From NCBI GenBank assembly GCA_963731035.1, contig CAVSUY010000003.1, positions 49,012 through 113,011 on the forward strand: DNA of 64,000 nt, read 5' to 3'. Origin of the DNA: an uncultured Gammaproteobacteria bacterium. GTDB lineage: Bacteria; Pseudomonadota; Gammaproteobacteria; Arenicellales; JAANXG01. Under the pieces are notes generated by a model. It ran no database searches, was not told the DNA's origin, and saw nothing but the letters and a program-made list of their open reading frames with translations. Of the stretch, positions 31,218 to 43,697 are shown piece after piece. The position numbers were made by a program, and so were the translations under genes. Within the stretch, counting starts at the first letter, position 1. Each line of letters opens with the position of its first letter.

Positions 31218-31819
31218 GGCGAATCTGCTTTCTATTGTGTTTATGCGTGAGCCTGGTGGCGGGGGCCACTGCCGCAATGCCGCCCGATCAGCTCATCAAG
31301 GATACGACCAACAAAGTTCTGAAGGAGCTCACCGAAAACCGGGCCGAGCTACAGAAAGACCCGCAGCGCCTGTACCAGATGGTGAACGATGTGGTGCTGC
31401 CCCATTTCGACTTTGAGCGCATGTCTCGATACGTGCTGGGCAAACACTGGCGCCAGGCCACCGACGATCAGCAGCAGAAGTTCGTTGGCGAGTTCAAGAC
31501 CCTGCTGGTCCGCACCTACGCGACTGCGTTGTTTGAGTACACGGGGCAGGAGATCGACTACAAACCTTTCCATCACGCCGAAGGCGACAGCAAGGCAGTG
31601 GTAGAGACGGAGGTCCAGCGCTCCGACGGACCGCCGATCCCGATCGACTACTCGCTGACGCAGAACAGCGAGGATTGGAAGGTCTACGACATCAAGATCA
31701 ATGGCCTGAGCCTGGTGACCAACTATCGCGCCCAGTACGGGCGCATCATCGAGACTCAGGGCATGGATGCGCTGATCGGCGAATTGACGAAGAAGAACGA
31801 GGAGTTGATGAAGCAGTGA
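31214..31819 (+). CDS. mlaC: Phospholipid-binding protein MlaC
   Basis: PHFDFERMSRYVLG and WKVYDIKINGLSLVTNYR motifs. Confidence 0.92.
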   Translation: MRRICFLLCLCVSLVAGATAAMPPDQLIKDTTNKVLKELTENRAELQKDPQRLYQMVNDVVLPHFDFERMSRYVLGKHWRQATDDQQQKFVGEFKTLLVRTYATALFEYTGQEIDYKPFHHAEGDSKAVVETEVQRSDGPPIPIDYSLTQNSEDWKVYDIKINGLSLVTNYRAQYGRIIETQGMDALIGELTKKNEELMKQ

Positions 31820-32118
31820 GTCTCAGGCTGGATACCGAAGATCCCGAAACCTGGAAAGTGTCGGGCGAGATGACCTTCACCAGCGTGCCCGCGATCCAGG
31901 ACCAGAGCCCTGAGCTGTTCTCGTCGCCGCCGCGGTCGCTGGACCTCGCCGGCGTCGAGCGCATCGACAGCGCCGGAATCGCGCTGGTAATGGAATGGGC
32001 GCGCCGAGCCAAGGTCGCCGGCGTAACCATGCGCCTCGTCAATGTGCCTCCCGGCATGACTGCCCTGTCCAAGACCACGGGTCTCGACCGCCTGCTGAAC
32101 ATCGACGGCTCCTCCTGA
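31816..32118 (+). CDS. mlaB: STAS domain protein MlaB
   Basis: LDLAGVERIDSAGIAL; GTG start overlaps the mlaC stop. Confidence 0.88.
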   Translation: MSLRLDTEDPETWKVSGEMTFTSVPAIQDQSPELFSSPPRSLDLAGVERIDSAGIALVMEWARRAKVAGVTMRLVNVPPGMTALSKTTGLDRLLNIDGSS

Positions 32119-32129
32119 CACGCCGGCCC

Positions 32130-33059
32130 ATGGCGCCCGTCCCCGCTGTTTTCATCGAAAACGCCCACAAGCGTTTTGGTCCGGTCAAAGCCTTGAACGG
32201 CGTGTCTTTCGCCATCGAGCAGGGCGAATTCTTCGGGTTGCTGGGACCCAACGGTGCCGGCAAGTCGACGCTGATCAACTCTCTTGCCGGCCTGGTGCGG
32301 GTCGACCGGGGCCGCCTGGAGATCATGGGCCACGACGTTGTCACCGGCTATCGCCGTGCCCGCATGAACGTCGGCGTGGTGCCCCAGGAACTGGTCTACG
32401 ACCCGTTCTTCACGGTAAGGGAGTTTCTGCGTTTTCAGGCCGGCTATTTCGGGGTGGCAAAACGGGCCGGCGAAGGCTGGATCGACGAGCTGCTGGACGC
32501 CCTTGATCTAACCGACAAGGCCGACGTCAACATGCGGGCCCTGTCTGGAGGCATGAAGCGCCGGGTGCTGATCGGCCAGGCCCTGGTGCACAAGCCGCCG
32601 GTGGTGGTTCTGGACGAGCCCACGGCGGGCGTGGATGTCGAGCTTCGGCAGCACCTGTGGAGCTTCATTCGCCGCCTGCACGCCGAGGGTCATACCATCG
32701 TCCTCACCACCCACTACCTCGAGGAGGCGGAGCAGCTCTGCGGCCGGATCGCGATCATCGACCACGGCGAGCTGGTGACCCTGGAGAGCAAGTCAGCTCT
32801 GCTGGCCCGCGGCATCTTCCGCACCCTGCGGGTGGTGACGGCCGGGGAGATCGACGAGATTCCGCCCTCCGTGCGCGACAAGGTCAAGGCCGTGCACGGC
32901 TGCTGCATGGACCTGCGCCTGCGCCGGGACAGCGACTCGGTGCTCGAGGTCCTGGACACCATTCGCAACGCCGGCATCGACGTGCGCGACATCTACATGG
33001 AGGAAGACGATCTGGAGGACGTCTTCATGCAGCTTACCCGGCGGAGGGAGCCGGCGTGA
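32130..33059 (+). CDS. yadG: ABC transporter ATPase (YadG-like)
   Basis: GPNGAGKST, LSGGMKRRVLI and LDEPTAGVDVELR motifs. Confidence 0.85.
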   Translation: MAPVPAVFIENAHKRFGPVKALNGVSFAIEQGEFFGLLGPNGAGKSTLINSLAGLVRVDRGRLEIMGHDVVTGYRRARMNVGVVPQELVYDPFFTVREFLRFQAGYFGVAKRAGEGWIDELLDALDLTDKADVNMRALSGGMKRRVLIGQALVHKPPVVVLDEPTAGVDVELRQHLWSFIRRLHAEGHTIVLTTHYLEEAEQLCGRIAIIDHGELVTLESKSALLARGIFRTLRVVTAGEIDEIPPSVRDKVKAVHGCCMDLRLRRDSDSVLEVLDTIRNAGIDVRDIYMEEDDLEDVFMQLTRRREPA

Positions 33060-33811
33060 AAGGAATGCTGTGGCTGTTCTACAAGGAACTGGTCCGCTTT
33101 TCCAAAGTGGGCTTTCAGACGATGTTGGCTCCGGTCATTACAGCGATGCTTTACCTGCTGGTGTTTTCCCACGTACTCCACGATCGGATACAGGTGTTCG
33201 AGGACGTCCCATACACCGCCTTCCTGATTCCCGGCCTGATGATGATGAGCATCATTCAGAACGCTTTCGCCAACAGCTCTTCCAGCCTGATCCAGTCCAA
33301 GGTGACGGGAAATCTGGTGTTCGTCCTGATCACGCCTTTGTCGTATCTCGAAATATTCTGTGCCTACGTCGGCGCCGCCATCGTCCGCGGGATGGCGGTG
33401 GGGGCTGGTATTTTCCTGGTGGCGGTTTTGTATGTGCACGTACCGGTCTATAATCCGTTGGTAATAGTATCGTTCGCAATTCTGGCGAGCGGCGTGCAGG
33501 GAGTCCTGGGCGTGATCGCCGGGATCTGGGCGGAGAAGTTCGACCAGCTGGCGGCTTTTCAGAATTTCGTCATCATGCCCTTGTCGTTCCTGAGCGGCGT
33601 GTTTTATTCCATTCATTCGCTGCCGGAAATCTGGCAGGCGATGTCAAAATTCAACCCGTTTTTCTATATGATTGACGGGTTCCGGTACGGGTTCTTCGGC
33701 CAGTCCGACATGCCGGTGGCGGCGAGTCTGGCATTCAGCGCGGTGGCATTCGCCGCGCTTTCCGCCGTCGCCCTGGTCATGCTGAACCGCGGCTACAAGC
33801 TGCGCCAATAG
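33056..33811 (+). CDS. yadH: ABC-2 permease (YadH-like)
   Basis: FLIPGLMMMSIIQNAFANSSSS and FLSGVFYSI motifs. Confidence 0.85.
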   Translation: MKGMLWLFYKELVRFSKVGFQTMLAPVITAMLYLLVFSHVLHDRIQVFEDVPYTAFLIPGLMMMSIIQNAFANSSSSLIQSKVTGNLVFVLITPLSYLEIFCAYVGAAIVRGMAVGAGIFLVAVLYVHVPVYNPLVIVSFAILASGVQGVLGVIAGIWAEKFDQLAAFQNFVIMPLSFLSGVFYSIHSLPEIWQAMSKFNPFFYMIDGFRYGFFGQSDMPVAASLAFSAVAFAALSAVALVMLNRGYKLRQ

Positions 33812-33871
33812 CCCATGCCGGTCGCCGGTGCGGCACGTCCCCGCCCGGCAATGCGGTCCGATAAAGGTGCA

Positions 33872-34117
33872 ATGACGATGGTGATGCCACAGCAGATCAA
33901 GCAATGGATAGAGACGGCGCTGCCCGGCTCGGAGGTTGAAATCGACGGCGATGGCCGCCATTTCCAGGCCATCGTTTCGTGTGGGGAATTCGCAGGGAAG
34001 ACCCGCATTCAGCAGCATCAGATGGTATATGATGCCCTTGGCGACAAGATGAAGGCTGAGATTCACGCGCTGTCCCTGCGCACCCTGATTCCCAAACACG
34101 GGGATCGTCAATCCTGA
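33872..34117 (+). CDS. BolA/IbaG family protein
   Basis: GDGRHF..QQHQMVYDAL..IHALSLRT; start uncertain. Confidence 0.9.
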   Translation: MTMVMPQQIKQWIETALPGSEVEIDGDGRHFQAIVSCGEFAGKTRIQQHQMVYDALGDKMKAEIHALSLRTLIPKHGDRQS

Positions 34118-34151
34118 TAGCTCTTACGAGGCACAAGACGAGGTTCAAGCA

Positions 34152-34469
34152 ATGAGCGACGTCAAAGAACGCATCAAACAGACGGTGGAATCGAACAGTG
34201 TCGTGCTGTTCATGAAAGGGTCTCCTCAGTTCCCGCAGTGCGGGTTCTCCGGCCGGGCCGTGCAGCTGCTGCAAGCCTGCGGTGTCGAGTTCGCATCCGT
34301 GGACGTGCTGTCGGATCCCGAGGTTCGCGAGGGGATCAAGCAATACTCCAACTGGCCCACCATTCCGCAGCTCTATGTCAATGGGCAGTTCTTCGGCGGG
34401 AGCGACATCATGATGGAGATGTACGAAAGCGGCGAGCTTGGAAAGGCCCTGCAAGCGGAAACCGTCTGA
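34152..34469 (+). CDS. grxD: Monothiol glutaredoxin Grx4
   Basis: LFMKG, CGFS, WPTIPQLYV and GGSDI motifs. Confidence 0.95.
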   Translation: MSDVKERIKQTVESNSVVLFMKGSPQFPQCGFSGRAVQLLQACGVEFASVDVLSDPEVREGIKQYSNWPTIPQLYVNGQFFGGSDIMMEMYESGELGKALQAETV

Positions 34470-34498
34470 GCGCCTGGTTCGGGGACGGCGCCTGGTGA

Positions 34499-35827
<1,329 letters not shown>

Positions 35828-35838
35828 CACTTCCTCGA

Positions 35839-36501
35839 ATGGAGGCACCGGTCAAAATAGCCCTGGCCAAGGGCCGCATTCTGGACGAGGCGCTGCCCTT
35901 GTTCGCGCGCGTGGGCTTGAATCCCCTGGAGTCGCCCAACGAAAGTCGCAAGCTGGTACTGGATACGGAATCAGGCAAAGCCCAGCTGGTGATCATCCGC
36001 AGCGCGGATGTCCCAACCTACGTGCAGTTCGGCGCTGCCCATCTGGGGATCGTCGGCAAGGACGTGCTGGTGGAGCACGGCGGAGCCGACCTGGCGGAGT
36101 TGCTGGACCTGGGTATTGCCGCCTGCCGGCTGGTGGTGGCCGAGCCCAGGTCGCTCGCCGAGCGCGACGACCCTGGAAGCTGGCGGCGTTTGCGGGTCGC
36201 CACCAAGTATCCGAACATTACCCGACGCCACTTCGCGGCCAAGGGTGTTCAGGCGCAGATCATCAAGTTGTACGGCTCCATGGAACTGGCGCCGCTGGCC
36301 GGCCTGTCCGACCGGATCGTCGATCTGGTCGATACCGGCGGCACCTTGAAGGCGAACGACCTGGTCGAGGTCGAGCCGGTCATGAATGTGAGCGCCCGCC
36401 TGATTGCCAATCTGGCCGCGCTGCGCATGCAGTCCGGCGCCCTCGAGGAAGTCATACAGCTGATACGAGGCGCCGTGGCGACCGGCCGGAAGGGTCAATA
36501 G
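35839..36501 (+). CDS. hisG: ATP phosphoribosyltransferase, short form
   Basis: IALAKGR, SRKL, VATKYP and [25 protein letters not shown] motifs; about 220 aa. Confidence 0.94.
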   Translation: MEAPVKIALAKGRILDEALPLFARVGLNPLESPNESRKLVLDTESGKAQLVIIRSADVPTYVQFGAAHLGIVGKDVLVEHGGADLAELLDLGIAACRLVVAEPRSLAERDDPGSWRRLRVATKYPNITRRHFAAKGVQAQIIKLYGSMELAPLAGLSDRIVDLVDTGGTLKANDLVEVEPVMNVSARLIANLAALRMQSGALEEVIQLIRGAVATGRKGQ

Positions 36502-36526
36502 ACGGTGCAAGACTGAGTCTTTCGAA

Positions 36527-37843
36527 ATGAACGATAACGATAGGCAAGTCATTCGGCAGCTCGATGCCGGTTCTCCCGGTTTCGCCGCGACGTTCGAGGC
36601 GCTGCTCGATCGCAAGGAGGACGACCAGGACACGGTGACCGCCACGGTGCAGGACATCATCAAACGAGTCCGCCGCGACGGCGACCGCGCCTTGCTCGAC
36701 TACACCGCGCGGTTTGACGGCATTGAGCTGGCGACGGCGGCCGAGCTGGAGCTGAGCGGCGCGCGGTTGGGCGAGGCGGTGGAACGCATCGCCGCTGACG
36801 AGCGCGAAGCCCTGGAACGGGCCGCCGCCCGGATCCGCGCCTACCACGAGCGCCAGGTCCAGTCCTCCTGGAGCTACGAGGAGAGCGACGGCACCCGGCT
36901 CGGCCAGCGTGTGACACCGCTCGACCGGGTCGGCCTCTACGTACCCGGAGGCAAGGCCGCCTATCCCTCCAGCGTGCTGATGAACGCCATACCCGCCAAG
37001 GTCGCCGGCGTGCCGGAACTGGTGATGACGGTGCCGACGCCGGGCGGCCGCATCAACGAGCTGGTCCTGGCGGCGGCGCGCATCGCGGGCGTGGACCGCG
37101 TGTTTCGTGTCGGTGGCGCCCAGGCGGTGGCCGCTCTGGCCTACGGTACCGAGACCATTCCCGCGGTGGACAAGATTGTAGGGCCGGGGAACATCTATGT
37201 CGCGACCGCCAAGCGCCTGGTATTCGGCCAGGTGGGCATCGACATGATCGCGGGACCCTCCGAAGTCGCAATCGTCGGCGACGGCAGCGTGGCGCCGGAG
37301 TGGGCCGCCATGGACCTGTTCGCCCAGGCCGAGCACGACGAACTGGCGCAGTCCATACTGATATCCCCCGACCGAGGCTATATCGAGCGAGTGGCCGGCG
37401 CCGTGGAGCGGTTGCTGCCCCGGATGGAGCGCCGCGATATCATAGCCGCAGCGCTGGCGGGACAAGGCGCGCTGATAGTGGTCCCGGATCTCGAGGAGGC
37501 GGCGCAACTGGTCAACCGCATCGCCCCGGAGCACCTGGAGCTGTTGATGGCCGATGCCGATGAATTCGTCGAGCACGTGCGCCACGCCGGTGCCATATTC
37601 ATCGGCCCGTACAGCGCGGAGGCACTGGGGGATTATTGCGCGGGCCCGAATCATGTCCTGCCTACCTCTGGAACCGCGCGCTTCAGCTCCCCACTGGGCG
37701 TCTACGATTTCCAGAAGCGCAGCAGCATCATCGCCTGTTCCCAGGCGGGCGCGCGCGCTCTGTCAGGCACCGCGTCGGTGCTGGCCCGGGCCGAATCACT
37801 CACTGCCCATGCCCGTTCCGCGGAGTATCGTGGTGGTGACTGA
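36527..37843 (+). CDS. hisD: Histidinol dehydrogenase
   Basis: [31 protein letters not shown] and [13 protein letters not shown] motifs. Confidence 0.97.
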   Translation: MNDNDRQVIRQLDAGSPGFAATFEALLDRKEDDQDTVTATVQDIIKRVRRDGDRALLDYTARFDGIELATAAELELSGARLGEAVERIAADEREALERAAARIRAYHERQVQSSWSYEESDGTRLGQRVTPLDRVGLYVPGGKAAYPSSVLMNAIPAKVAGVPELVMTVPTPGGRINELVLAAARIAGVDRVFRVGGAQAVAALAYGTETIPAVDKIVGPGNIYVATAKRLVFGQVGIDMIAGPSEVAIVGDGSVAPEWAAMDLFAQAEHDELAQSILISPDRGYIERVAGAVERLLPRMERRDIIAAALAGQGALIVVPDLEEAAQLVNRIAPEHLELLMADADEFVEHVRHAGAIFIGPYSAEALGDYCAGPNHVLPTSGTARFSSPLGVYDFQKRSSIIACSQAGARALSGTASVLARAESLTAHARSAEYRGGD

Positions 37844-37865
37844 CCCGGCCGGCGGAACCTCGCGC

Positions 37866-38930
37866 ATGGATGCCCGGCAGCTGGCATCGGAAGTGGTGCG
37901 CCCCGGTGTACGGGCTCTGAACGCCTACCATGTGGACAACGCGCGCGGCGTGCTGAAGCTGGATGCGATGGAGAATCCCTACGGCCTGCCGCAGTCACTG
38001 CGCCACGCCTGGCTGGAGGCGCTGCGGGATGCCGAGCTGAATCGCTACCCGGATGCGTCCGCTGCGGCGCTCAAGGACAGGCTGGGTGCCGCGCTCTCGC
38101 TTCCCGAGGGCGCAGCGGTCCTTCTCGGCAATGGCTCCGACGAGATCATTCAGATGGTGCAGATGGCGGTAGGCGGTCCGGTGCTGGCGCCGGTCCCCAC
38201 CTTCGTCATGTACCAGATGGCTGCCCGGTTCCTGAACCTGGAGTTCGCCGGCGTGCCGCTGGGACCCGATTTCACCCTGGATGGCGACGTCATGGCCGCC
38301 GCGCTGCGGCGCCACCGCCCGGCGGCGGTGTTCATCGCCTACCCCAACAATCCCACAGGCAACCTGTTCGAAGAGCAGGCAATGCGGCGAGTGGTCGAAG
38401 CCGCCCCCGGCCTGGTGGTGATCGACGAGGCGTACCACGCCTTCGCCGGACGTTCGCTGATTGGCTGGGTGCACGAGTACCCCAACGTGGTGGTGATGCG
38501 CACCCTGTCCAAGCTCGGTCTGGCCGGACTGCGCCTGGGCTTCGCCGTGGGAGATCCGGCGTGGATCGGTGAGTTCGAGAAGGTGCGGATGCCGTACAAC
38601 ATCAACGTACTCTCCCAGCGCAGCACGGTATTCGCCCTGGAACACCTGGACGTGTTCATGGAGCAAGCGGCCAGGATCAGGAAACAGCGAGGCCGGGTAT
38701 TCAGCGCTTTGACGGAGGCAGGATGGGAGTGTTTTCCCAGCGATGCGAATTTCATTCTGTTCCGGAGTAGCGGCAGGAGTGCCGGCGAGGTTTATCGCTC
38801 TCTCCTGGAGCAGGGAGTGCTGATCAAAAACCTGGACGGTTCGCAACCGGGACTCGAGGGCTGCCTGCGGGTTTCCATCGGCACGCCCGAAGAGAACGAT
38901 CGTTTCCTGGCGGCGATCGGTCGTTGCTGA
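37866..38930 (+). CDS. hisC: Histidinol-phosphate aminotransferase
   Basis: KLDAMENP, GNGSDE, PNNPTG, IDEAY and RTLSK..AGLRLG motifs; alternative GTG start at 37836. Confidence 0.94.
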   Translation: MDARQLASEVVRPGVRALNAYHVDNARGVLKLDAMENPYGLPQSLRHAWLEALRDAELNRYPDASAAALKDRLGAALSLPEGAAVLLGNGSDEIIQMVQMAVGGPVLAPVPTFVMYQMAARFLNLEFAGVPLGPDFTLDGDVMAAALRRHRPAAVFIAYPNNPTGNLFEEQAMRRVVEAAPGLVVIDEAYHAFAGRSLIGWVHEYPNVVVMRTLSKLGLAGLRLGFAVGDPAWIGEFEKVRMPYNINVLSQRSTVFALEHLDVFMEQAARIRKQRGRVFSALTEAGWECFPSDANFILFRSSGRSAGEVYRSLLEQGVLIKNLDGSQPGLEGCLRVSIGTPEENDRFLAAIGRC

Positions 38931-39064
38931 TACCGTGCCGGCCATCCAGCAGCCCGGGGAGGCACGGCGGAACGGCGCCGGAATGCCGGCTGTTTCCATA
39001 GCTAATTCCGGCCGCGTTTTGCTATATTCGCAGTGCTCAAGACCATTTGTATCCCAGCCGCCCA

Positions 39065-39661
39065 ATGTCCTCCACCCGTGAAGCCAGCGTCGACCGCGCG
39101 ACCAGGGAAACCCGGATCAGCGTGGCGGTGAATCTCGACGGCGACGGCACGGGCAGCTTCTCCATCGGCATTCCGTTCCTGGAGCACATGCTCGACCAGG
39201 TGGCCCGCCACGGCATGGTCGATATAAAGGTCGAAGCGCAGGGGGACCTCGAGATCGATGCCCACCATACAGTGGAAGATATTGGTATCACCCTCGGCGA
39301 GGCGATGGCCCGGGCCGTCGGCGACAAGTCCGGCATCCAGCGCTACGGGTATGCGTACGTACCCCTGGACGAGGCCTTGAGCCGCGTGGTCCTGGACTTC
39401 TCCGGGCGCCCCGGCCTGGAGTACGCGGTGACTTGGCCCCGAGCCCGCATCGGCGACTTCGATGTGGATCTGTTCCGGGAATTCTTTCAGGGCTTTTGCA
39501 ACCACGCCGACGTGACCCTGCACATCGACAATCTGCGGGGCCGCAATGCGCACCACATCGCGGAGACCGTGTTCAAGGCATTCGGACGGGCCCTGCGTAT
39601 GGCGGTGGAGATAGACAGCCGGCGAGGCAGTGCGGTGCCGTCCACCAAAGGGACCCTGTAG
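39065..39661 (+). CDS. hisB: Imidazoleglycerol-phosphate dehydratase
   Basis: [15 protein letters not shown] and NAHHIAE motifs. Confidence 0.95.
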   Translation: MSSTREASVDRATRETRISVAVNLDGDGTGSFSIGIPFLEHMLDQVARHGMVDIKVEAQGDLEIDAHHTVEDIGITLGEAMARAVGDKSGIQRYGYAYVPLDEALSRVVLDFSGRPGLEYAVTWPRARIGDFDVDLFREFFQGFCNHADVTLHIDNLRGRNAHHIAETVFKAFGRALRMAVEIDSRRGSAVPSTKGTL

Positions 39662-39702
39662 CCCCAAACCGTGCAGCCGCACCGGCGAAGCACCTGCCAA
39701 TC

Positions 39703-40374
39703 ATGAATCGTATCGCAGTCATCGATCTGGGAACCGGAAACCTGCGTTCCGTTGCCCGGGCCCTGGAAACGGCGGGCGGATCGAGCTGCGAAGTCAAGAT
39801 CACCGACGACGCCTCCGACGTTTCCCGGGCGGACCGGGTCGTGTTCCCGGGCCAGAGCGCCATCGGATCGGTAATGAACAGGTTGCGCGACAATCCGGGG
39901 CTGCTCGATGCGCTGGCCGTGGCGGTCGAAAGCAAGCCCTTTCTCGGCATATGCATCGGCCTGCAGGCGCTCTATGCCCACAGCTCCGAGGACGGCGGGG
40001 TGGCGGGGCTCGGCGTCCTGCGCGGCGAGGTCCGGCACTTTCTGGAAGCCGGCGGCGAGCGGGCCGAAGTGCTGACCGACGAGGCCGGGCGCAGGCTCAA
40101 GATCCCCCACATGGGGTGGAACAATGTCCGCCAGATCTGCGTCCACCCACTGTGGCGCGGTATAGGCCAGGACGCCTGGTTCTACTTCGTGCACAGCTAC
40201 TGTGCCTTTCCCGGCGCCCGCGAAGAAGTCTACGCCACCACGGCCTATGGCCTCGAGTTCGCCGCGGCCGCAGGCAGAGACAACGTATTCGCCGTCCAGT
40301 TTCACCCCGAGAAGAGCCAGCGAAACGGACTGGCAATGCTGGGCAACTTCATCGCGTGGGACGGGAACCCGTAG
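39703..40374 (+). CDS. hisH: IGP synthase glutaminase subunit
   Basis: GNLRSV, LGICIG, IPHMGWN, YFVHSY and QFHPEKS motifs. Confidence 0.95.
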   Translation: MNRIAVIDLGTGNLRSVARALETAGGSSCEVKITDDASDVSRADRVVFPGQSAIGSVMNRLRDNPGLLDALAVAVESKPFLGICIGLQALYAHSSEDGGVAGLGVLRGEVRHFLEAGGERAEVLTDEAGRRLKIPHMGWNNVRQICVHPLWRGIGQDAWFYFVHSYCAFPGAREEVYATTAYGLEFAAAAGRDNVFAVQFHPEKSQRNGLAMLGNFIAWDGNP

Positions 40375-40413
40375 GAATTCCTTCGACAACTCCAACAAAG
40401 GCGCTGAAGCTCG

Positions 40414-41151
40414 ATGCTACTCATACCGGCAATAGACATCAAAGGCGGCAAATGCGTCCGCCTCAGGCAAGGCAAGATGGACGACGCAACGGTGTATGAA
40501 GACGACCCCGTCGTCGCGGCGCGCAGGTGGGTCGACGCGGGAGCCGAGCGCCTGCACGTCATAGATCTCGACGGCGCCGTGACCGGGGAGCCGGTCAACT
40601 CCGACGCCGTGCGGGGCATCGTGGAACAGTTTCCCGGAGTGCCCGTCCAGGTCGGGGGCGGCATTCGAAATGAGCAGACCATTGACACCTACCTCGAGGC
40701 CGGCGTCCAGTACGTCATTCTCGGCACCAAGGCCGTGAACGAGCCGCACTTCGTCAGCGATATATGCGTCGAGTTCCCAGGTCACGTCATCGTCGGGCTG
40801 GACGCCAGGGATGGAAAGCTGGCGGTGGAGGGGTGGTCCAAGCTGTCCAAGCACGACGTCATCGACCTGGCGCACCGGCTGGAGACCGACGGTGTCGAGG
40901 CCATTATCTATACCGACATCTCCCGCGACGGGATGCTCACCGGCGCCAACATCGAAGCGACCCGCCGGTTGGCGGAATCGGTGCGTGTACCGGTGTTCGC
41001 GGCGGGGGGCATCGCCAGCCTTGACGACCTGCGACGGTTGCTGGAAATCGCCGACGCTGGCGTCGGCGGGGCCATTACCGGCAGGGCGATATACGACGGC
41101 TCGCTGGATTTTGCCGCCGGAATCAAGCTGCTGCGGCAGGGCGGCGGGTAA
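40414..41151 (+). CDS. hisA: ProFAR isomerase
   Basis: [17 protein letters not shown] and [10 protein letters not shown] motifs. Confidence 0.96.
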   Translation: MLLIPAIDIKGGKCVRLRQGKMDDATVYEDDPVVAARRWVDAGAERLHVIDLDGAVTGEPVNSDAVRGIVEQFPGVPVQVGGGIRNEQTIDTYLEAGVQYVILGTKAVNEPHFVSDICVEFPGHVIVGLDARDGKLAVEGWSKLSKHDVIDLAHRLETDGVEAIIYTDISRDGMLTGANIEATRRLAESVRVPVFAAGGIASLDDLRRLLEIADAGVGGAITGRAIYDGSLDFAAGIKLLRQGGG

Positions 41152-41921
41152 TGGGACTGGCCAAGCGCGTAATCCCCTGCCTCGACGTGGACAATGGCAG
41201 GGTCGTCAAGGGCGTTCGCTTCGTGGACATACGGGATGCCGGCGACCCTGTGGAGGTGGCGAGGCGCTACGACGAGCAGGGTGCGGATGAAATCACCTTC
41301 CTCGACATCACCGCCAGCTCCGATGCCCGTCAGACCATGGTGCACGTGGTTGAGGGGGTGGCGGACCAGGTCTTCATTCCACTCACGGTGGGCGGCGGCA
41401 TCCGAAGCGTCGAGGACATCCGTACTATGCTGGCGGCGGGAGCGGACAAGGTGTCCATCAACACCGCCGCAGTCAACAATCCGCAGTTGGTACGCGAAGC
41501 CAGCAGGCGGTTCGGCGCCCAGTGCATTGTGGTGGCCGTGGACGCCAAGCAGGTCTGCGCAGGTGAGTCGCCTGCGTGGGAGGTCTTTACCCACGGGGGC
41601 CGGCGCGCTACCGGCTTGGACGCGGTGGAATGGGCGACTCGGATGGCCGAGTACGGCGCCGGGGAAATTCTGCTGACGAGCATGGACCGGGACGGAACCC
41701 GGGACGGGTTCGATCTGGCCCTGACCCGTTCGGTCTCGACTACGGTTGCGGTTCCAGTCATCGCCAGCGGCGGGGTCGGTAACCTCGATCACCTCGCCGA
41801 CGGCATCGTCGAGGGCTGCGCGGACGCCGTGCTCGCCGCATCCATTTTTCATTTCGGCCAGCACACGGTGCGCGAGGCCAAAGAGCGTATGGCGGCCCGG
41901 GGCATCGAGGTGAGGCTGTAA
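41151..41921 (+). CDS. hisF: IGP synthase cyclase subunit
   Basis: [16 protein letters not shown] and [10 protein letters not shown] motifs. Confidence 0.97.
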   Translation: MGLAKRVIPCLDVDNGRVVKGVRFVDIRDAGDPVEVARRYDEQGADEITFLDITASSDARQTMVHVVEGVADQVFIPLTVGGGIRSVEDIRTMLAAGADKVSINTAAVNNPQLVREASRRFGAQCIVVAVDAKQVCAGESPAWEVFTHGGRRATGLDAVEWATRMAEYGAGEILLTSMDRDGTRDGFDLALTRSVSTTVAVPVIASGGVGNLDHLADGIVEGCADAVLAASIFHFGQHTVREAKERMAARGIEVRL

Positions 41922-42052
41922 CACCGTCGAAAACGACCCTTGCGGCGGGGGCGCTGTCCGGAATTAGTCGGAAATACCGTCGCACCGTCGTGTAAACTTC
42001 GCTTCTCGCGATGCCGGCCGTAGGTCCTCAGTCCCGACAGGTGCGACGAACG

Positions 42053-42448
42053 ATGACGACAGCGACCCAGCAATGGTTGGACGACGTCCGCTGGAACGAG
42101 GAAGGTCTGGTTCCGGTGGTGGCCCAGGACGCGGCCAGCGGAAGGCTGCTGATGCTGGCCTGGATGGATCGGGAAGCGCTGAGGCTGACCGCCGAAACCG
42201 GCCGCGCGGTGTACTGGTCGAGATCGCGGCAGGGGCTCTGGCGCAAGGGTGAGCGTTCCGGCCATAACCAGCTCGTCAAGGAGCTGCGCTTGGACTGCGA
42301 CAACGACACCGTTCTGCTCAGCGTGGAGCAGGTCGGCGGTATCGCCTGCCATACCGGACGGGAGAGCTGCTTCTACAAGAAGCTCGAAGATGGGGGTTGG
42401 CGGACGGTGGAGGCGCCGCTCAAGGATCCGGACGAGATTTACGGATGA
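42053..42448 (+). CDS. hisI: Phosphoribosyl-AMP cyclohydrolase
   Basis: [21 protein letters not shown] and [10 protein letters not shown] motifs. Confidence 0.95.
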   Translation: MTTATQQWLDDVRWNEEGLVPVVAQDAASGRLLMLAWMDREALRLTAETGRAVYWSRSRQGLWRKGERSGHNQLVKELRLDCDNDTVLLSVEQVGGIACHTGRESCFYKKLEDGGWRTVEAPLKDPDEIYG

Positions 42449-42480
42449 TGATGTTTGTACGCAAGACTGGTGGGTGACCC

Positions 42481-42843
42481 GTGACGGGTATAGACTTGAA
42501 CGATCTGGCGTCGGTCCTGGAAAAGCGCAAGCAGGCCGATCCCCGCTCCTCCTACGTCGCGAAGCTCCACCATGAAGGTCTGAACGCGATTTTGAAGAAG
42601 GTCGCGGAGGAGTCGTTCGAAGTGTTGATGGCCGCCAGGGACGGAGACCGGGAGCAGCTGGTTTATGAAACCGCGGATCTGTGGTTTCATACGCTGGTGT
42701 TGTTGTCCCACGAAGGCCTGGGGCCGCGCGACGTATTGGCGGAACTGGCCCGGCGATTCGGTACGTCGGGGCTCGAGGAGAAGGCCCGGCGTGGCATCCC
42801 GGAAAGTCCGGACCGGGAGAATCCGGGTCAGGGAGATCCCTGA
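42481..42843 (+). CDS. hisE: Phosphoribosyl-ATP pyrophosphatase
   Basis: SSYVAKL, KKVAEE and YETADLWFH motifs. Confidence 0.94.
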   Translation: MTGIDLNDLASVLEKRKQADPRSSYVAKLHHEGLNAILKKVAEESFEVLMAARDGDREQLVYETADLWFHTLVLLSHEGLGPRDVLAELARRFGTSGLEEKARRGIPESPDRENPGQGDP

Positions 42844-42987
42844 TCAATTCGGATCTTGCGGTTCTGCGCTGCCGTGCAGACGGATGTTGATTTTCGTGTC
42901 CTGGCAATTCATGAATCTGAATCGTTCAGGGCTTTTCGTAGAACTTCTTGTAGAATGGGCGTTTGTTCCTGACGTTGGGAGAAATTT

Positions 42988-43290
42988 ATGGGTCTAGGTG
43001 GCATTAGTATCTGGCAACTGCTGATCATTCTGGTGATTGTCCTGTTGTTGTTCGGCACCAAGAAGCTGCGCAATATCGGCGGTGACCTGGGTGGCGCGAT
43101 CAAGAGTTTCAAGAAGTCGATGAAGGAAGGCGACGAAGAGGAAGACGAAGAAGGCGAAGGCGAAGAGGAGACCGACGAAGCGGGCGCCAGAATCGAGGAC
43201 CAAGGCGAGTCGCGCAAGGAGGAATCGCACAAAGAGAAAGGGGAAGGCGCTCGGTCCGGAAACGGGGCGGCGAAACAGAAGCAGTCCTGA
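42988..43290 (+). CDS. tatA: Tat translocase TatA
   Basis: [31 protein letters not shown]. Confidence 0.95.
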   Translation: MGLGGISIWQLLIILVIVLLLFGTKKLRNIGGDLGGAIKSFKKSMKEGDEEEDEEGEGEEETDEAGARIEDQGESRKEESHKEKGEGARSGNGAAKQKQS

Positions 43291-43320
43291 AGCCGAACCG
43301 TCTGATAATCACCCTCCTCC

Positions 43321-43665
43321 ATGTTTGACATCGGGTTCTTCGAGCTGTGCGTCATCGGCATCGTGGCGTTGCTGGTGCTCGGGCCCGAGCGCCTGCCGCG
43401 CGCCGCGCGGACTGCGGGCATGTGGGTGGGGCGGGCCAAACGCATGGTCGCGCAGGTCAAGCGGGACATCGACGAGGAGCTGCGCCAGGAAGAGCTGCAT
43501 GAGTTGCGCGACGCCAAGGAGACGCTGTCGAAGACCCGGGAGAGCATGAATTCGTTCAGGGATGAGCTCAACAAACAGATTGATACAGAGTCGGATGCCA
43601 GCCGGAAGCCGAAGGCGCCCGAGTCCGAGACTCCCGCGGACTCCAAGCCCAAGGATACGGAATAG
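43321..43665 (+). CDS. tatB: Tat translocase TatB
   Basis: MFDIGFFEL..VLGPERLP. Confidence 0.95.
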   Translation: MFDIGFFELCVIGIVALLVLGPERLPRAARTAGMWVGRAKRMVAQVKRDIDEELRQEELHELRDAKETLSKTRESMNSFRDELNKQIDTESDASRKPKAPESETPADSKPKDTE

Positions 43666-43697
43666 ACATCGCCGGGCTCTGACACCCTTCGCATTCC

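Noticed and set aside
33872-34469. bolA-grxD adjacency
   Set aside because: Well-known BolA/Grx4 pairing.
35839-36501. Short hisG with no hisZ in the his operon
   Set aside because: Common arrangement; hisZ is normally encoded elsewhere.
43120-43290. Very acidic, GAA-rich TatA tail that looks repetitive
   Set aside because: TatA tails are low-complexity and variable; this is not a repeat array.
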